Notes: a model not told the origin generated them from the sequence alone. Positions 1 to 8,913 are shown, counted from the first letter of the stretch. The stretch: 61,724 bases of DNA from Candidatus Magasanikiibacteriota bacterium (GCA_014729395.1 WJJZ01000004.1:1-61724); one strand, 5' to 3'. Translations and numbers: made by a program.

Positions 1-146
1 AAAATTTATTAATAAAAAACAATTTGAGTATATAAATAATAAGAGAGGCGAGGTAGGTTATTTACTTTATAAATTAATGAACACTCTAGAGAATAAATAG
101 CCTTTTAAGCCTTTCTGGCATTTCAAGCTTTTTAAGCATTTTAAAT

Positions 147-491
147 ATGATTATAAATACAAAAGCTACAAACATGGATATGACTGATTCTATTCGCAAT
201 TATGTTGAAGAAAAGGTGAATAGTCTTTTAAAATATTTTGATAATATTCAGCAGGCCGATGTTGATGTTGGTTTACATTCACAACATCATCAAAAAGGAA
301 AAATATACTATGCAGAGATTAATCTACATGTTCCGGGTAAAATTTTACGGGTTACCAAAGATGCTGAAGATTTATATAAGGCAATAGACAAAGTTAAAGA
401 CCATTTAAAAGTAGAGCTTGAAAAAGTAAAAGGAAAAATGAGAGGTATTGATAAACAGGCTTTACGAGATCAGAAGAGTTATCAGGGATAA
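147..491 (+). CDS. hpf: ribosome hibernation promoting factor (RaiA/YfiA/HPF family, short form)
   Basis: 114-aa ORF. 'NMDMTDSIRNYVEEKV..LLKYF' and 'YYAEINLHVPGKILRV' match the HPF/sigma-54-modulation fold as I know it. A hairpin plus T-run follows. Confidence 0.85.
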   Translation: MIINTKATNMDMTDSIRNYVEEKVNSLLKYFDNIQQADVDVGLHSQHHQKGKIYYAEINLHVPGKILRVTKDAEDLYKAIDKVKDHLKVELEKVKGKMRGIDKQALRDQKSYQG

Positions 492-507
492 CGTTTTAAA
501 GACAAAG

Positions 508-529
508 ACCGCCCATTCGGGCGGTTTTA
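508..529 (+). terminator. intrinsic terminator after hpf
   Basis: Stem ACCGCCC (508-514) / GGGCGGT (519-525), loop ATTC, then TTTT. Confidence 0.75.
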
Positions 530-611
530 ATATCTACAATAAATAGCTAGACTTTTTCTATTTTTTATGCTAAACTAGTCAAGCTAAACAGATAACAAAA
601 CAGTGAAATTT

Positions 612-3455
612 ATGTCAATTTATTACAAAATTTTTGGAGATCCGAACAAAAAAACTCTTAAGAAATTACAGCCAAAAGTAGATGAGATTAATTCACTTGA
701 AGCTGAATTTGAAAAATTAAATGAACAGGAGTTGAAAGCTAAAACAGGAGAATTCAGAGAAAGATTGTCGTCCGGAGAAACTATGGATGATATTTTAGCC
801 GAGGCTTTTGCCACTGTTCGCGAGGCATCAAAGCGTACCACCGGTATGCGACATTATGATGTCCAGCTTTTGGGTGGTATGGTTTTGCATAGTGGCCAAA
901 TTGCCGAGATGAGAACCGGTGAAGGTAAAACACTCGTAGCCACATTGCCTGTTTATTTAAATGCTTTGCAGGGTAAGGGTGTACATGTGGTTACAGTAAA
1001 TGATTATTTAGCCAAGCGCGACGCGGTTTGGATGGGTCAAATTTATGATTTTTTAGGTCTCTCCATCGGAGTAATTCAGAACCAGAGAATTTCTTATATT
1101 TATGATTCCAATATAAAAGGTGGGGAAGAGGGTGAAGAAAAAGACTTGGAACGAGATGAGAGTGGTAGTTTCAAAGTGGAAGATGATTATTTGCGAGCCG
1201 CCAGTCGTCAAGAGGTTTATCAATGTGATATAACCTATGGTACGAATAATGAATTCGGTTTTGATTACCTAAGGGACAATATGGTGCAAAATGTAAAAGA
1301 AATGGTAATGAGACCGGGTAATGAGATGAATTTTTGTATTATAGATGAAGTTGATTCCATATTAATTGATGAAGCCAGAACACCGCTTATTATTTCCGCT
1401 CCGGCCGAAGAGGCAACTGAGAGATATTATCAGTTTGCAAAACTTGTAAGACAATTAAATGAAGAAGAAGATTACAATATTGATGAAAAATTAAAAGCGG
1501 CCACTTTGACCGAAAAAGGCATTGAAAAATTTGAGAACTGGCTTGGCATAGACAATATTTATGTCGAAGGCGGTATAAGAACAGTTCATCATATTGAACA
1601 AGCTCTTAAAGCGGAAGTACTTTTTAAAAAAGACAAAGATTATATAGTTGAAAATAATGAAGTTGTAATCATTGATGAATTTACCGGCAGAAAAATGCCG
1701 GGACGACGATATTCAGAAGGTTTGCACCAAGCAATCGAAGCAAAAGAAAACGTAGAGATTCAACGCGAGAGTCGAACTTTAGCTACGATTACGTTTCAAA
1801 ATTTATTTAGAATGTATAATAAAATGGCCGGCATGACGGGTACGGCTAAAACCGAAGAGGAAGAATTTTTAAAAATTTATAATACCGAGGTGGTGGTTAT
1901 ACCAACCAACAGACCTGACGCCAGACTTGATCACTCTGATAAAATTTACAAAAATGAAAGAGGAAAATTTAAAGCCATTACAAAAAAAATCAAAGAGTGT
2001 CAGGAAAAAGGCCAACCGGTTTTGGTTGGTACTATTTCAGTAGAAAAAAATGAACAATTAAGTGACTATTTGTCTAAAGAGGGTGTTCAACATGAACTTT
2101 TGAATGCCAAGAACCATGAAAGAGAGGGTGAAGTTGTCGCTCAGGCCGGTCGCAAAGGGGCGGTAACATTGGCTACCAATATGGCCGGTCGTGGTGTGGA
2201 TATTAAGCTTGGTGGGAGTCCGGCATCATCAGAACGAGAAGAAGAAATAAAAAAGCTGGGAGGTTTGTTTGTTTTGGGTACGGAAAGACATGAGTCACGT
2301 CGTATTGATAACCAATTGCGTGGTCGTGCCGCCAGACAGGGTGATCCCGGTGAAACTCAATTTTATGTTTCCACCGAAGATGATTTGATGCGTATTTTTG
2401 CCGGGGATAGGCTGAAAAGTATGATGACCAGACTGAAAGTCCCCGAAGATATGCCAATAGAACAAAAGATGATTACCAAGATGCTTGAAAGCGCTCAGAA
2501 AAAAGTTGAGGGCCATCATTTTGATATCAGGAAACATGTTTTGCAGTATGATGATGTTTTAAACAGACATAGAACTGTAATTTATGAAAAAAGAAAACAG
2601 ATTTTGGAATTATCCGAGGCTGTGGATATTTTACCCGAAGAAAGTATAAAAAAAGACGACTCTTCTAAAAGTCAAAACGAAACAAGTGGGTTTGAAATTG
2701 AGAATTATAACAGTCTCAAGGAAATTATAATGGACTATATTGAGCAGGAAATTGAATTTGTGGTTTCGTTTCATACTAACCCCGAGGAAAGGGTGGAGAC
2801 GGAAACCAGTTCTTCTGAATGGAATTTAAAAGAGATTTATGAAACCATGAGAACTATTTTCCCTTTTACAAGTAGTGAGAGGGAAAAATTGCTTCATATG
2901 AATCCGGGTAAAGAAGGTAAGATGGATGAAGTGGATGCCAGGGAAAAAATTGTACAATTTTTACTTGATAAGGCCAAGGGATCATACGAAGAGATTGAAA
3001 AGAGTATTGTCGGTTCTGCCGATTCTGAAGAAGAGGGTGTTAAAATATTGCGCGGTATTGAAAAAAGTATTCTTCTCAGGTCAATTGATTCTTTGTGGGT
3101 TGATCATCTGGTTGATATAGATTATCTTCGAACCGGAATTGGTTTGCGCGGTTATGGACAACGTGATCCGTTGGTTGAGTACAAGCGAGAAACTTATCAT
3201 ATGTTTAATAGACTATTATCCAGTATTCAAAAAGAAGTGGTATATTCATTTTTTAAAGTGGGCGTAGGTCTGCAATTGGCGCCAACCGTAATGGCGTCAG
3301 ACAAGCTGACCTTGAAAGGAGCGCAGAAATCAACCAGCCAGCAAGGAAGGCACATACAAAAGAAACCCAGAAATGATTCCGGTGAGAAAATCGGTAGAAA
3401 TGATCCTTGCCCTTGCGGTAGCGGTAAAAAGTATAAAAAATGCCATGGTCGATAA
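612..3455 (+). CDS. secA: preprotein translocase ATPase SecA
   Basis: Motifs 'MRTGEGKTLVATLP', 'IIDEVDSILIDEARTPLIIS', 'TNMAGRGVDIKLGG', 'LGTERHESRRIDNQLRGRAARQGDPG' and the C-terminal zinc motif 'CPCGSGKKYKKCHG'. The ORF opens at GTG 603, but ATG 612 gives the canonical 'M....KIFG' N-terminus. Confidence 0.97.
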   Translation: MSIYYKIFGDPNKKTLKKLQPKVDEINSLEAEFEKLNEQELKAKTGEFRERLSSGETMDDILAEAFATVREASKRTTGMRHYDVQLLGGMVLHSGQIAEMRTGEGKTLVATLPVYLNALQGKGVHVVTVNDYLAKRDAVWMGQIYDFLGLSIGVIQNQRISYIYDSNIKGGEEGEEKDLERDESGSFKVEDDYLRAASRQEVYQCDITYGTNNEFGFDYLRDNMVQNVKEMVMRPGNEMNFCIIDEVDSILIDEARTPLIISAPAEEATERYYQFAKLVRQLNEEEDYNIDEKLKAATLTEKGIEKFENWLGIDNIYVEGGIRTVHHIEQALKAEVLFKKDKDYIVENNEVVIIDEFTGRKMPGRRYSEGLHQAIEAKENVEIQRESRTLATITFQNLFRMYNKMAGMTGTAKTEEEEFLKIYNTEVVVIPTNRPDARLDHSDKIYKNERGKFKAITKKIKECQEKGQPVLVGTISVEKNEQLSDYLSKEGVQHELLNAKNHEREGEVVAQAGRKGAVTLATNMAGRGVDIKLGGSPASSEREEEIKKLGGLFVLGTERHESRRIDNQLRGRAARQGDPGETQFYVSTEDDLMRIFAGDRLKSMMTRLKVPEDMPIEQKMITKMLESAQKKVEGHHFDIRKHVLQYDDVLNRHRTVIYEKRKQILELSEAVDILPEESIKKDDSSKSQNETSGFEIENYNSLKEIIMDYIEQEIEFVVSFHTNPEERVETETSSSEWNLKEIYETMRTIFPFTSSEREKLLHMNPGKEGKMDEVDAREKIVQFLLDKAKGSYEEIEKSIVGSADSEEEGVKILRGIEKSILLRSIDSLWVDHLVDIDYLRTGIGLRGYGQRDPLVEYKRETYHMFNRLLSSIQKEVVYSFFKVGVGLQLAPTVMASDKLTLKGAQKSTSQQGRHIQKKPRNDSGEKIGRNDPCPCGSGKKYKKCHGR

Positions 3456-3462
3456 TACGAAC

Positions 3463-3491
3463 TTGACAATTATAAAAAAAAATTATAAATT
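3463..3491 (+). promoter_or_regulatory. sigma-70-like promoter candidate
   Basis: TTGACA (3463-3468), 17-nt spacer, TAAATT (3486-3491). Confidence 0.4.
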
Positions 3492-3502
3492 ATGTGTCAA
3501 CA

Positions 3503-3524
3503 AAGCCCCGCGATTGCGGGGTTT
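3503..3524 (+). terminator. hairpin after secA (terminator or 5' stem-loop of the next transcript)
   Basis: CCCCGC (3506-3511) / GCGGGG (3516-3521), loop GATT, weak TTT tail. It lies downstream of the 3463 promoter candidate. Confidence 0.45.
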
Positions 3525-3557
3525 ATGGTAGGGTTCTTTATACAGGGAGGTGCAATA

Positions 3558-3977
3558 ATGTTCAGAAAAAATAAAGCACTGTTTATCAGTGCAACCATAT
3601 TTATCTCCGGAGATAATCCGGATAATTTTGAAGTTAACGTCGATGCGGCCAATCGAATTTTTGATTGGGCGGCCAATGGTTTTTTGATTGTTTCAATTAT
3701 ATATAGCGGGGATTATAAAGATACCGATACGCGCAGAAAAATCAAAGAAAAAATTGATTTAGCTTTTAAAAAATATTGTAATTTCAAATTGGATAATTTA
3801 AAAATCATGTGTGTTTCAGATTTGAAAGATCCGGATCCTTTTTGGGATTTGATGAGAAAGTCCGCTGTGAATGCCAGTCGTAGTTTATTGGTTGCAGAAA
3901 CCGAGCGGGGGGAAGAGTTGGCCCGGATCATTGATGTTCGCTTTGAATATGCAAGAGACTTTTTACGACATATGTAA
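3558..3977 (+). CDS. hypothetical protein (139 aa)
   Basis: GGGAGG (3545-3550) lies 7 nt before ATG 3558. The track ORF from 3492 reads through the hairpin, so I trimmed it. I recognise no family. Confidence 0.6.
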   Translation: MFRKNKALFISATIFISGDNPDNFEVNVDAANRIFDWAANGFLIVSIIYSGDYKDTDTRRKIKEKIDLAFKKYCNFKLDNLKIMCVSDLKDPDPFWDLMRKSAVNASRSLLVAETERGEELARIIDVRFEYARDFLRHM

Positions 3978-3995
3978 AAAGTCTCTAAAAAAAAG

Positions 3996-4027
3996 AGGTT
4001 CAGCACAGGCTGAACCTTATTTTTTTA
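3996..4027. terminator. bidirectional intrinsic terminator between convergent genes
   Basis: AGGTTCAG (3996-4003) / CTGAACCT (4011-4018), with an A-run upstream and a T-run downstream. Confidence 0.7.
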
Positions 4028-4571
4028 TTTCCAGTTTAATTCCATTATCTCGAATATTGAAAAAATCAATATCTTCAGTGGTAAGACAGCGACTATCATG
4101 GAATTTATATTCTCTCTCATCCAGTAAAAATATATCTACGCATTTTTCATCATTTTCAATATAACAGTCATCCAATGATTGGCATGGGCAGCTTTGTATT
4201 GTACGATTGTTTACTCGATTGCGTCTCCATGTGGCAAGCGGTTCACCTTTTTTGCACATACCGTGCTCTACCGAATCATCAAATATTTCTCCGCAGCCAT
4301 GCCATATATTTAAGAAGCCGATTTTTTTTGATGCTCCACAATAACATATGTTTAAGACAACTGCCAATGATAAAATTGTGATTGAAATAATATATTTCCT
4401 TTGTTTTGCAATTACAAACTTATTATTTTCTTTGTAATAATCAAAAAAATATATTATAAAAATCACAGCTAACAACCACAGCAGTAGTGGGGGAAGAAAG
4501 GTGATACCGGCTATTACAAATAGAGATATCGCCACTATGAAAAATATAAGAATAAGTAATGCGCAACCCAT
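4017..4571 (-). CDS. hypothetical membrane protein with Cys-rich C-terminal domain
   Basis: 184 aa with three N-terminal hydrophobic helices, then about 10 cysteines. A strong SD (GGAGG at 4578-4582 on the minus strand) lies 6 nt before the ATG. Confidence 0.7.
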   Translation of the reverse strand: MGCALLILIFFIVAISLFVIAGITFLPPLLLWLLAVIFIIYFFDYYKENNKFVIAKQRKYIISITILSLAVVLNICYCGASKKIGFLNIWHGCGEIFDDSVEHGMCKKGEPLATWRRNRVNNRTIQSCPCQSLDDCYIENDEKCVDIFLLDEREYKFHDSRCLTTEDIDFFNIRDNGIKLEIKK

Positions 4572-4758
4572 TAGTCACCTCCTTTTTATTTAATGAACAT
4601 GATATATTGACATATAAATGGAAAAATGTCAAAGTAATTGCGGTAAAAATTATCCACATAGATTGATTTTAAAAAGAGGCGGAAATCTGTTAGTATGACC
4701 AAGACTATGAATAATAATTTTTCAAAAGAAAACCATTTATAATCCGGTGATATTTTAG

Positions 4759-4784
4759 CCACTCCAATCGAGTGGTCTTTTTTT
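4759..4784 (+). terminator. intrinsic terminator-like hairpin 50 nt upstream of the PRTase-like CDS
   Basis: CCACTC (4759-4764), loop CAATC, GAGTGG (4770-4775), then TCTTTTTTT. Confidence 0.55.
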
Positions 4785-4834
4785 GAAAGTTCTTTATTCA
4801 ATTATTTACCACCAATAGGTATGGGAGGTGTAGC

Positions 4835-5740
4835 ATGCAAGCTATAGAGAAAGGACTTTGGTCCAGTCAGATCGGAAACGCCACTGTATATGTCCTTGAG
4901 ACAGAGGACAGTATTGCTCTTGCCCACAGTCGTGATTTGGTTGGGGAGGAGAAGCGTAAGTTGATGAAGAGAGTGGCGAGGCAGTATTTTTTGAAGTTTG
5001 CCCGTTTCTTTCGCAGTCTTGACCATTTTTCGTGGGTTTTGATTGAGCGCGGCGGTCGTTTCGTGGCGCCAACAGACGATGAGATGCTCGCTTGGTGGGG
5101 TGGACCCCGTCCAATTTCACGACTTGAAATGAAGCGTGATTTGGATCAGAAAAAGGAGTGTTCATGGCGGGGAAGGTTTGTATGGGGTTTGGAGGACTTG
5201 CTGGCAAGGCGAGATCGTAATTGGGTGGTTGGTGAAACTTGCTTGGCCAGCGGCACCACCTTGTATACGCTTGTGTCAGCAGCTCTTGATGTTTATCCAC
5301 AACCGAGTCTTAGACATGTAATTTTGGTTTGCCCGGTAGTGGGTTCATACGGATTAAGACGACTTATTAAGCTGTGTAGTGCAAACAACATAGCGCTCAC
5401 CGTTTATACTTCCGGTATTTGGTGGGTAAATAGCGAAGGGTATGATTCCGGCCTGCCATTTACTGATTTTGTTATCAATGATGAACCGGATCCCGACAAC
5501 CTTCAGTTTGTACCACCAAAAACCAAGTCGGTTTATCAACAGCAATACAGGGGCAAGCCCGTATGCGTTGTGGGGGATGCGGGCGACAGCATGGCTGTAC
5601 GAGATGATGGGTTGGAGGATAACAAAGCACAGTTTAATTACATGCGTGATACAGTCAAAGGTTTCAAGAACCTTGGGCTTGATCCACATAAATATTTTCC
5701 TTCCTGGCCGCTCAATGAACTGATTCTGGCAGTGGCTTAG
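4835..5740 (+). CDS. divergent uracil phosphoribosyltransferase-family (type I PRTase fold) protein
   Basis: 301 aa. By-eye alignment to E. coli Upp: 'VLIERGGRF' ~ 'VPILRAGLGM', 'ISRLEMKRD' ~ 'ISVVGMYRNE', 'WVVGETCLASGTT' ~ 'LIVDPMLATGGS', 'VVGDAGDSM' ~ 'PGLGDAGDK'. GGGAGG (4823-4828) precedes the ATG. The gene is visibly G+C-richer than its flanks. Confidence 0.6.
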   Translation: MQAIEKGLWSSQIGNATVYVLETEDSIALAHSRDLVGEEKRKLMKRVARQYFLKFARFFRSLDHFSWVLIERGGRFVAPTDDEMLAWWGGPRPISRLEMKRDLDQKKECSWRGRFVWGLEDLLARRDRNWVVGETCLASGTTLYTLVSAALDVYPQPSLRHVILVCPVVGSYGLRRLIKLCSANNIALTVYTSGIWWVNSEGYDSGLPFTDFVINDEPDPDNLQFVPPKTKSVYQQQYRGKPVCVVGDAGDSMAVRDDGLEDNKAQFNYMRDTVKGFKNLGLDPHKYFPSWPLNELILAVA

Positions 5741-5748
5741 AGCGATAT

Positions 5749-5797
5749 ACCTGTTTGGAGACGTTGCAAAGCACCAAACTCCAAGCAGGTTTTTTTA
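5749..5797 (+). terminator. intrinsic terminator after the PRTase-like gene
   Basis: 12-bp stem ACCTGTTTGGAG / CTCCAAGCAGGT (one G-U pair), then TTTTTTT. Confidence 0.75.
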
Positions 5798-5819
5798 AAT
5801 CATCGATATAAAAAAAGTA

Positions 5820-5848
5820 TTGACGATATAAATAATTTACTATACAAT
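5820..5848 (+). promoter_or_regulatory. sigma-70-like promoter for secDF
   Basis: TTGACG, 17-nt spacer, TACAAT. The ATG at 5865 follows after a very short leader. Confidence 0.5.
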
Positions 5849-5864
5849 AATCCCCAGTTTAAAT

Positions 5865-7919
5865 ATGAATAAAGTTAAAAAAGCAAACAGCGCAAGGTCA
5901 AAGGTCAGGTGGGGTATAATTGGCATACTCGCGCTTTTTATTATAGCCGGTTTTTTTGATGTGCCAACCTGGGCAAACAAAGCGATTGATACGGTTAATA
6001 ATACCGCATATTTAGGTATACCCAGAATTCCCGAAAAGGGTTTTAATCTTGGGTTGGATTTACAGGGCGGCGCTCATCTTATTTACCAGGCGGATGTCAG
6101 TGGAATAAAAGAAAGTGAAAAAGGTGCTGCAGTAGAAGGGGTTAGAGATGTGATTGAAAGAAGAGTGAACGCAATCGGTGTCTCTGAACCTAATGTACAA
6201 ACCACCAAAGTGGGAAACGATTATCGAGTTATTGTGGAATTACCCGGGGTAACCGATATAAACGAAGCTATTAACATGATTGGCGAGACTCCAATTTTGG
6301 AATTTAAAGAAGAAAATGATGAGCCGCAAAGAGAGCTAACTGAAGGAGAGAAGCAGCAATTGAGTGATAATAATTTACAAGCAGCTCAAAAAGCTACTGA
6401 GGCTTTGGATAAGATTAAAGAAGGGGCTGAATTTGGTGAGATTGCAAAAGAGTATTCAGAAGATGAATTAAGTAAAAATAATGGCGGTTATTTGGGTTAT
6501 ATTGACAGATCTTCGCCTTATCCCGCGCTTTATTCATGGGCCGAAAATGCTCAAGAGGGGGATTTGGGAGAATTGGTTCAGTCAAGCGAGGGTTTAAACA
6601 TACTTAAAAGAGGAGCTGAACGAGACGGTCAGGTGGAAGTGGAAGCCAGTCATATTTTAATTTGTTATCAAGGAACACAATTTTGTCCTGATAACGAATT
6701 GACTAAAGACGAAGCGTTTTTAAAAGCTCAGTCACTTTTCCATGAAGCAAATGCGGAAAATTTTAGCGATTTGGCAAAAGAAAATTCCACAGATCCCGGG
6801 ACAAAAGATGTTGGTGGTGATCTGGGTTGGATAAGTAAAGGTCTACTTGTTACCGAAGTTGATGAGCCGCTTTTTTCATCTGAAGTTGGTCAAATAATCG
6901 GTCCGGTTGAATCTCCTTTCGGTTATCATATTTTATATAAAAAGAATCAAAGAGTAGGTAAAGAATATGAAATTTGGCGAATACTGGTAAAGACCATGAC
7001 AGCGGCAGACATTTTACCTCCTGATGATCCTTGGAAAAATACAGGATTATCCGGTAAGCAGCTTGAAAAAGCGGAAGTGGTTTCAGATCCACAAACCGGA
7101 GCTATACAGGTTTCTCTGTTGTTTGACGAAGAAGGAAAAGATTTATTTAAAGAACTTACAGAAAGAAATATCAGCAAACCGATAGCAATATTTCTAGATG
7201 GAGCACCGATTAGTATTCCAACCGTAAATAGTGTAATCCCGGATGGTAGAGCTGTAATTCAGGGTAATTTTAATCTAAGTGAGGCACAATTGTTGGCACA
7301 GAGATTAAATGCCGGTGCTCTGCCGGTTCCGGTTGAGCTGATTGCTCAGCAGAGTATTGGTGCCAGCTTGGGTGCCGAATCATTACAAAAAAGTTTGAAA
7401 GCCGGTATTGTCGGTTTGATCTTAGTAATGCTTTTCATGCTGATTTATTATAGATTGCCCGGTTTGGTGTCTGTTTTTTCTCTTACTTTGTATATCACTT
7501 TGACACTGGCCATTTTCAAATTGATCGGCGTTACTTTGACATTGGCCGGAATCGCAGGATTTATTTTGTCAATCGGTATGGCGGTTGATGCAAATGTTCT
7601 GATTTTTGAGAGATTAAAAGAAGAGCTTAAAGAAGGTAAAAGTCTAAAGGCCGCGGTTGAAGAAGGATTTTTACGAGCATGGACGTCTATCAGGGATGGG
7701 AATATTTCCACGCTGATTACTTGTGTACTGTTAATTTGGTTTGGTTCCAGTTTTGTGCAAGGTTTTGCCGTAACTTTGGCAATTGGTATTTTAATCAGTA
7801 TGTTTTCGGCTATTACAGTGACGCGTGTCATCTTGAGATTTGTGGTACCTTGGTTCAAACCGGAAGGCGGTTTCATGTTTTTGGGCAGTAAAAGAGTTGA
7901 GAACAAAAAGACTGAGTAA
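5865..7919 (+). CDS. secD: protein translocase subunit SecD with inserted PpiC/parvulin-type PPIase region
   Basis: SecD signatures: 'GLDLQGGAHLIYQ', 'ETPILEF', 'IAIFLDGAPISIPTV' and C-terminal TM helices containing 'GMAVDANVLIFERLKEE'. Residues ~153-385 carry parvulin motifs: 'GGYLGYI', 'ASHILI', 'GGDLGWI', 'PFGYHILY'. Confidence 0.9.
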   Translation: MNKVKKANSARSKVRWGIIGILALFIIAGFFDVPTWANKAIDTVNNTAYLGIPRIPEKGFNLGLDLQGGAHLIYQADVSGIKESEKGAAVEGVRDVIERRVNAIGVSEPNVQTTKVGNDYRVIVELPGVTDINEAINMIGETPILEFKEENDEPQRELTEGEKQQLSDNNLQAAQKATEALDKIKEGAEFGEIAKEYSEDELSKNNGGYLGYIDRSSPYPALYSWAENAQEGDLGELVQSSEGLNILKRGAERDGQVEVEASHILICYQGTQFCPDNELTKDEAFLKAQSLFHEANAENFSDLAKENSTDPGTKDVGGDLGWISKGLLVTEVDEPLFSSEVGQIIGPVESPFGYHILYKKNQRVGKEYEIWRILVKTMTAADILPPDDPWKNTGLSGKQLEKAEVVSDPQTGAIQVSLLFDEEGKDLFKELTERNISKPIAIFLDGAPISIPTVNSVIPDGRAVIQGNFNLSEAQLLAQRLNAGALPVPVELIAQQSIGASLGAESLQKSLKAGIVGLILVMLFMLIYYRLPGLVSVFSLTLYITLTLAIFKLIGVTLTLAGIAGFILSIGMAVDANVLIFERLKEELKEGKSLKAAVEEGFLRAWTSIRDGNISTLITCVLLIWFGSSFVQGFAVTLAIGILISMFSAITVTRVILRFVVPWFKPEGGFMFLGSKRVENKKTE

Positions 7920-7931
7920 ATATTTATAGTT

Positions 7932-8846
7932 ATGATCAACATAATCCAAAAAAGAAAAATTACATTTGCGCTTTCAAGTATTTTGTTTGTAGCCAGTATT
8001 GTTATTTTAATTGTTTTTGGTCTGAAGCCCGGAATAGATTTTACCGGAGGCTCATTGATGGAAGTTTCTTTTTCAGAGACAAGACCGGGTTTAAACGAAA
8101 TACAGGAGAGTTTATCTACGGTTGGATTCGATCTCGGATCAGTATCAACGCAACCGATTGATGATGATTCTTTTTTAATCAAAACACGGTTTATCTCGGA
8201 AGATGAACATCAATTGGTATTGGAGAAAATAAGAGCTGATTTTGAAAATGAAAATAATCGTGTTTTGGAAGAAAGAGTGGAGACAATCGGACCCGCTATC
8301 AGTTCGCAACTGCGAACCAGGGCTATCTATGCGGCAATTGCCGTAGTTTTGGCAATTGTTTTTTATGTAGCTTATGCTTTTCGACGTGTTTCAAAACCGG
8401 TTCAATCGTGGAAATATGGAATCACCGCAATTATTGCTTTGGTACATGATGTGACAATCACAATGGCCGTATTTGCTTTATTGGGTAGATTTTACGGTGT
8501 TGAGGTTGATATTCCTTTTGTGGTTGCATTGCTTACAATTTTAGGTTATTCGGTAAACGACACTATTGTTGTGTTTGACAGGGTTAGAGAAAATTTGATC
8601 AAAAGAGGCAGTTCGCAGTTTGCAGACACGGTTAATCTTGGTGTAAATCAAACTTTAACTAGATCATTCAATACTTCTTTGACTACCTTGGTGGTCTTGT
8701 CTGCTTTGTTTGTCTTTGGCGGCGCCACTATTCATTATTTTTCATTGGCTCTGATTATCGGAATTTTATTGGGAACATATTCATCAATATTTTTGGCAAG
8801 TCCATTGCTTGTGGTTTGGCAGGAGTATAAATACAGAAAAGTTTAG
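7932..8846 (+). CDS. secF: protein translocase subunit SecF
   Basis: 'GIDFTGGSLMEV' and 'LGYSVNDTIVVFDRVREN' are typical SecF motifs. It immediately follows secD. Confidence 0.93.
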   Translation: MINIIQKRKITFALSSILFVASIVILIVFGLKPGIDFTGGSLMEVSFSETRPGLNEIQESLSTVGFDLGSVSTQPIDDDSFLIKTRFISEDEHQLVLEKIRADFENENNRVLEERVETIGPAISSQLRTRAIYAAIAVVLAIVFYVAYAFRRVSKPVQSWKYGITAIIALVHDVTITMAVFALLGRFYGVEVDIPFVVALLTILGYSVNDTIVVFDRVRENLIKRGSSQFADTVNLGVNQTLTRSFNTSLTTLVVLSALFVFGGATIHYFSLALIIGILLGTYSSIFLASPLLVVWQEYKYRKV

Positions 8847-8872
8847 GACTGATAAATTTTTAGGTTTGAGCA

Positions 8873-8892
8873 GCCCCTTTTGGGGTTTTTTG
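8873..8892 (+). terminator. weak terminator after secF
   Basis: CCCC / GGGG stem with TTTT loop, followed by a T-run. Confidence 0.4.
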
Positions 8893-8913
8893 TTTTCTGG
8901 TATAATAAACACA

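Noticed and set aside
3492-3557. N-terminal 22 codons of the track ORF 3492-3977
   Set aside because: This segment is the CCCCGC/GCGGGG hairpin after secA. A GGGAGG RBS precedes the internal ATG at 3558.
4586-4801. 71-aa minus-strand ORF in the divergent spacer (also 4441-4659 and 4802-5026)
   Set aside because: It has a non-ATG start and no RBS, overlaps the plus-strand terminator hairpin, and shows AT-rich spacer composition.
4842-5723. Cluster of long ORFs on both strands (4842-5300 minus, 5136-5321 plus, 5354-5689 minus, 5442-5723 plus)
   Set aside because: All overlap the PRTase-like CDS and none has motifs. Stop codons are scarce here because of the locally higher G+C, so these are a by-product of composition.
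7448-8182. 244-aa minus-strand ORF
   Set aside because: It lies antisense across the secD 3' end and secF 5' end, both supported by strong motifs. The product is low complexity with no start signals. I treat it as a shadow ORF.
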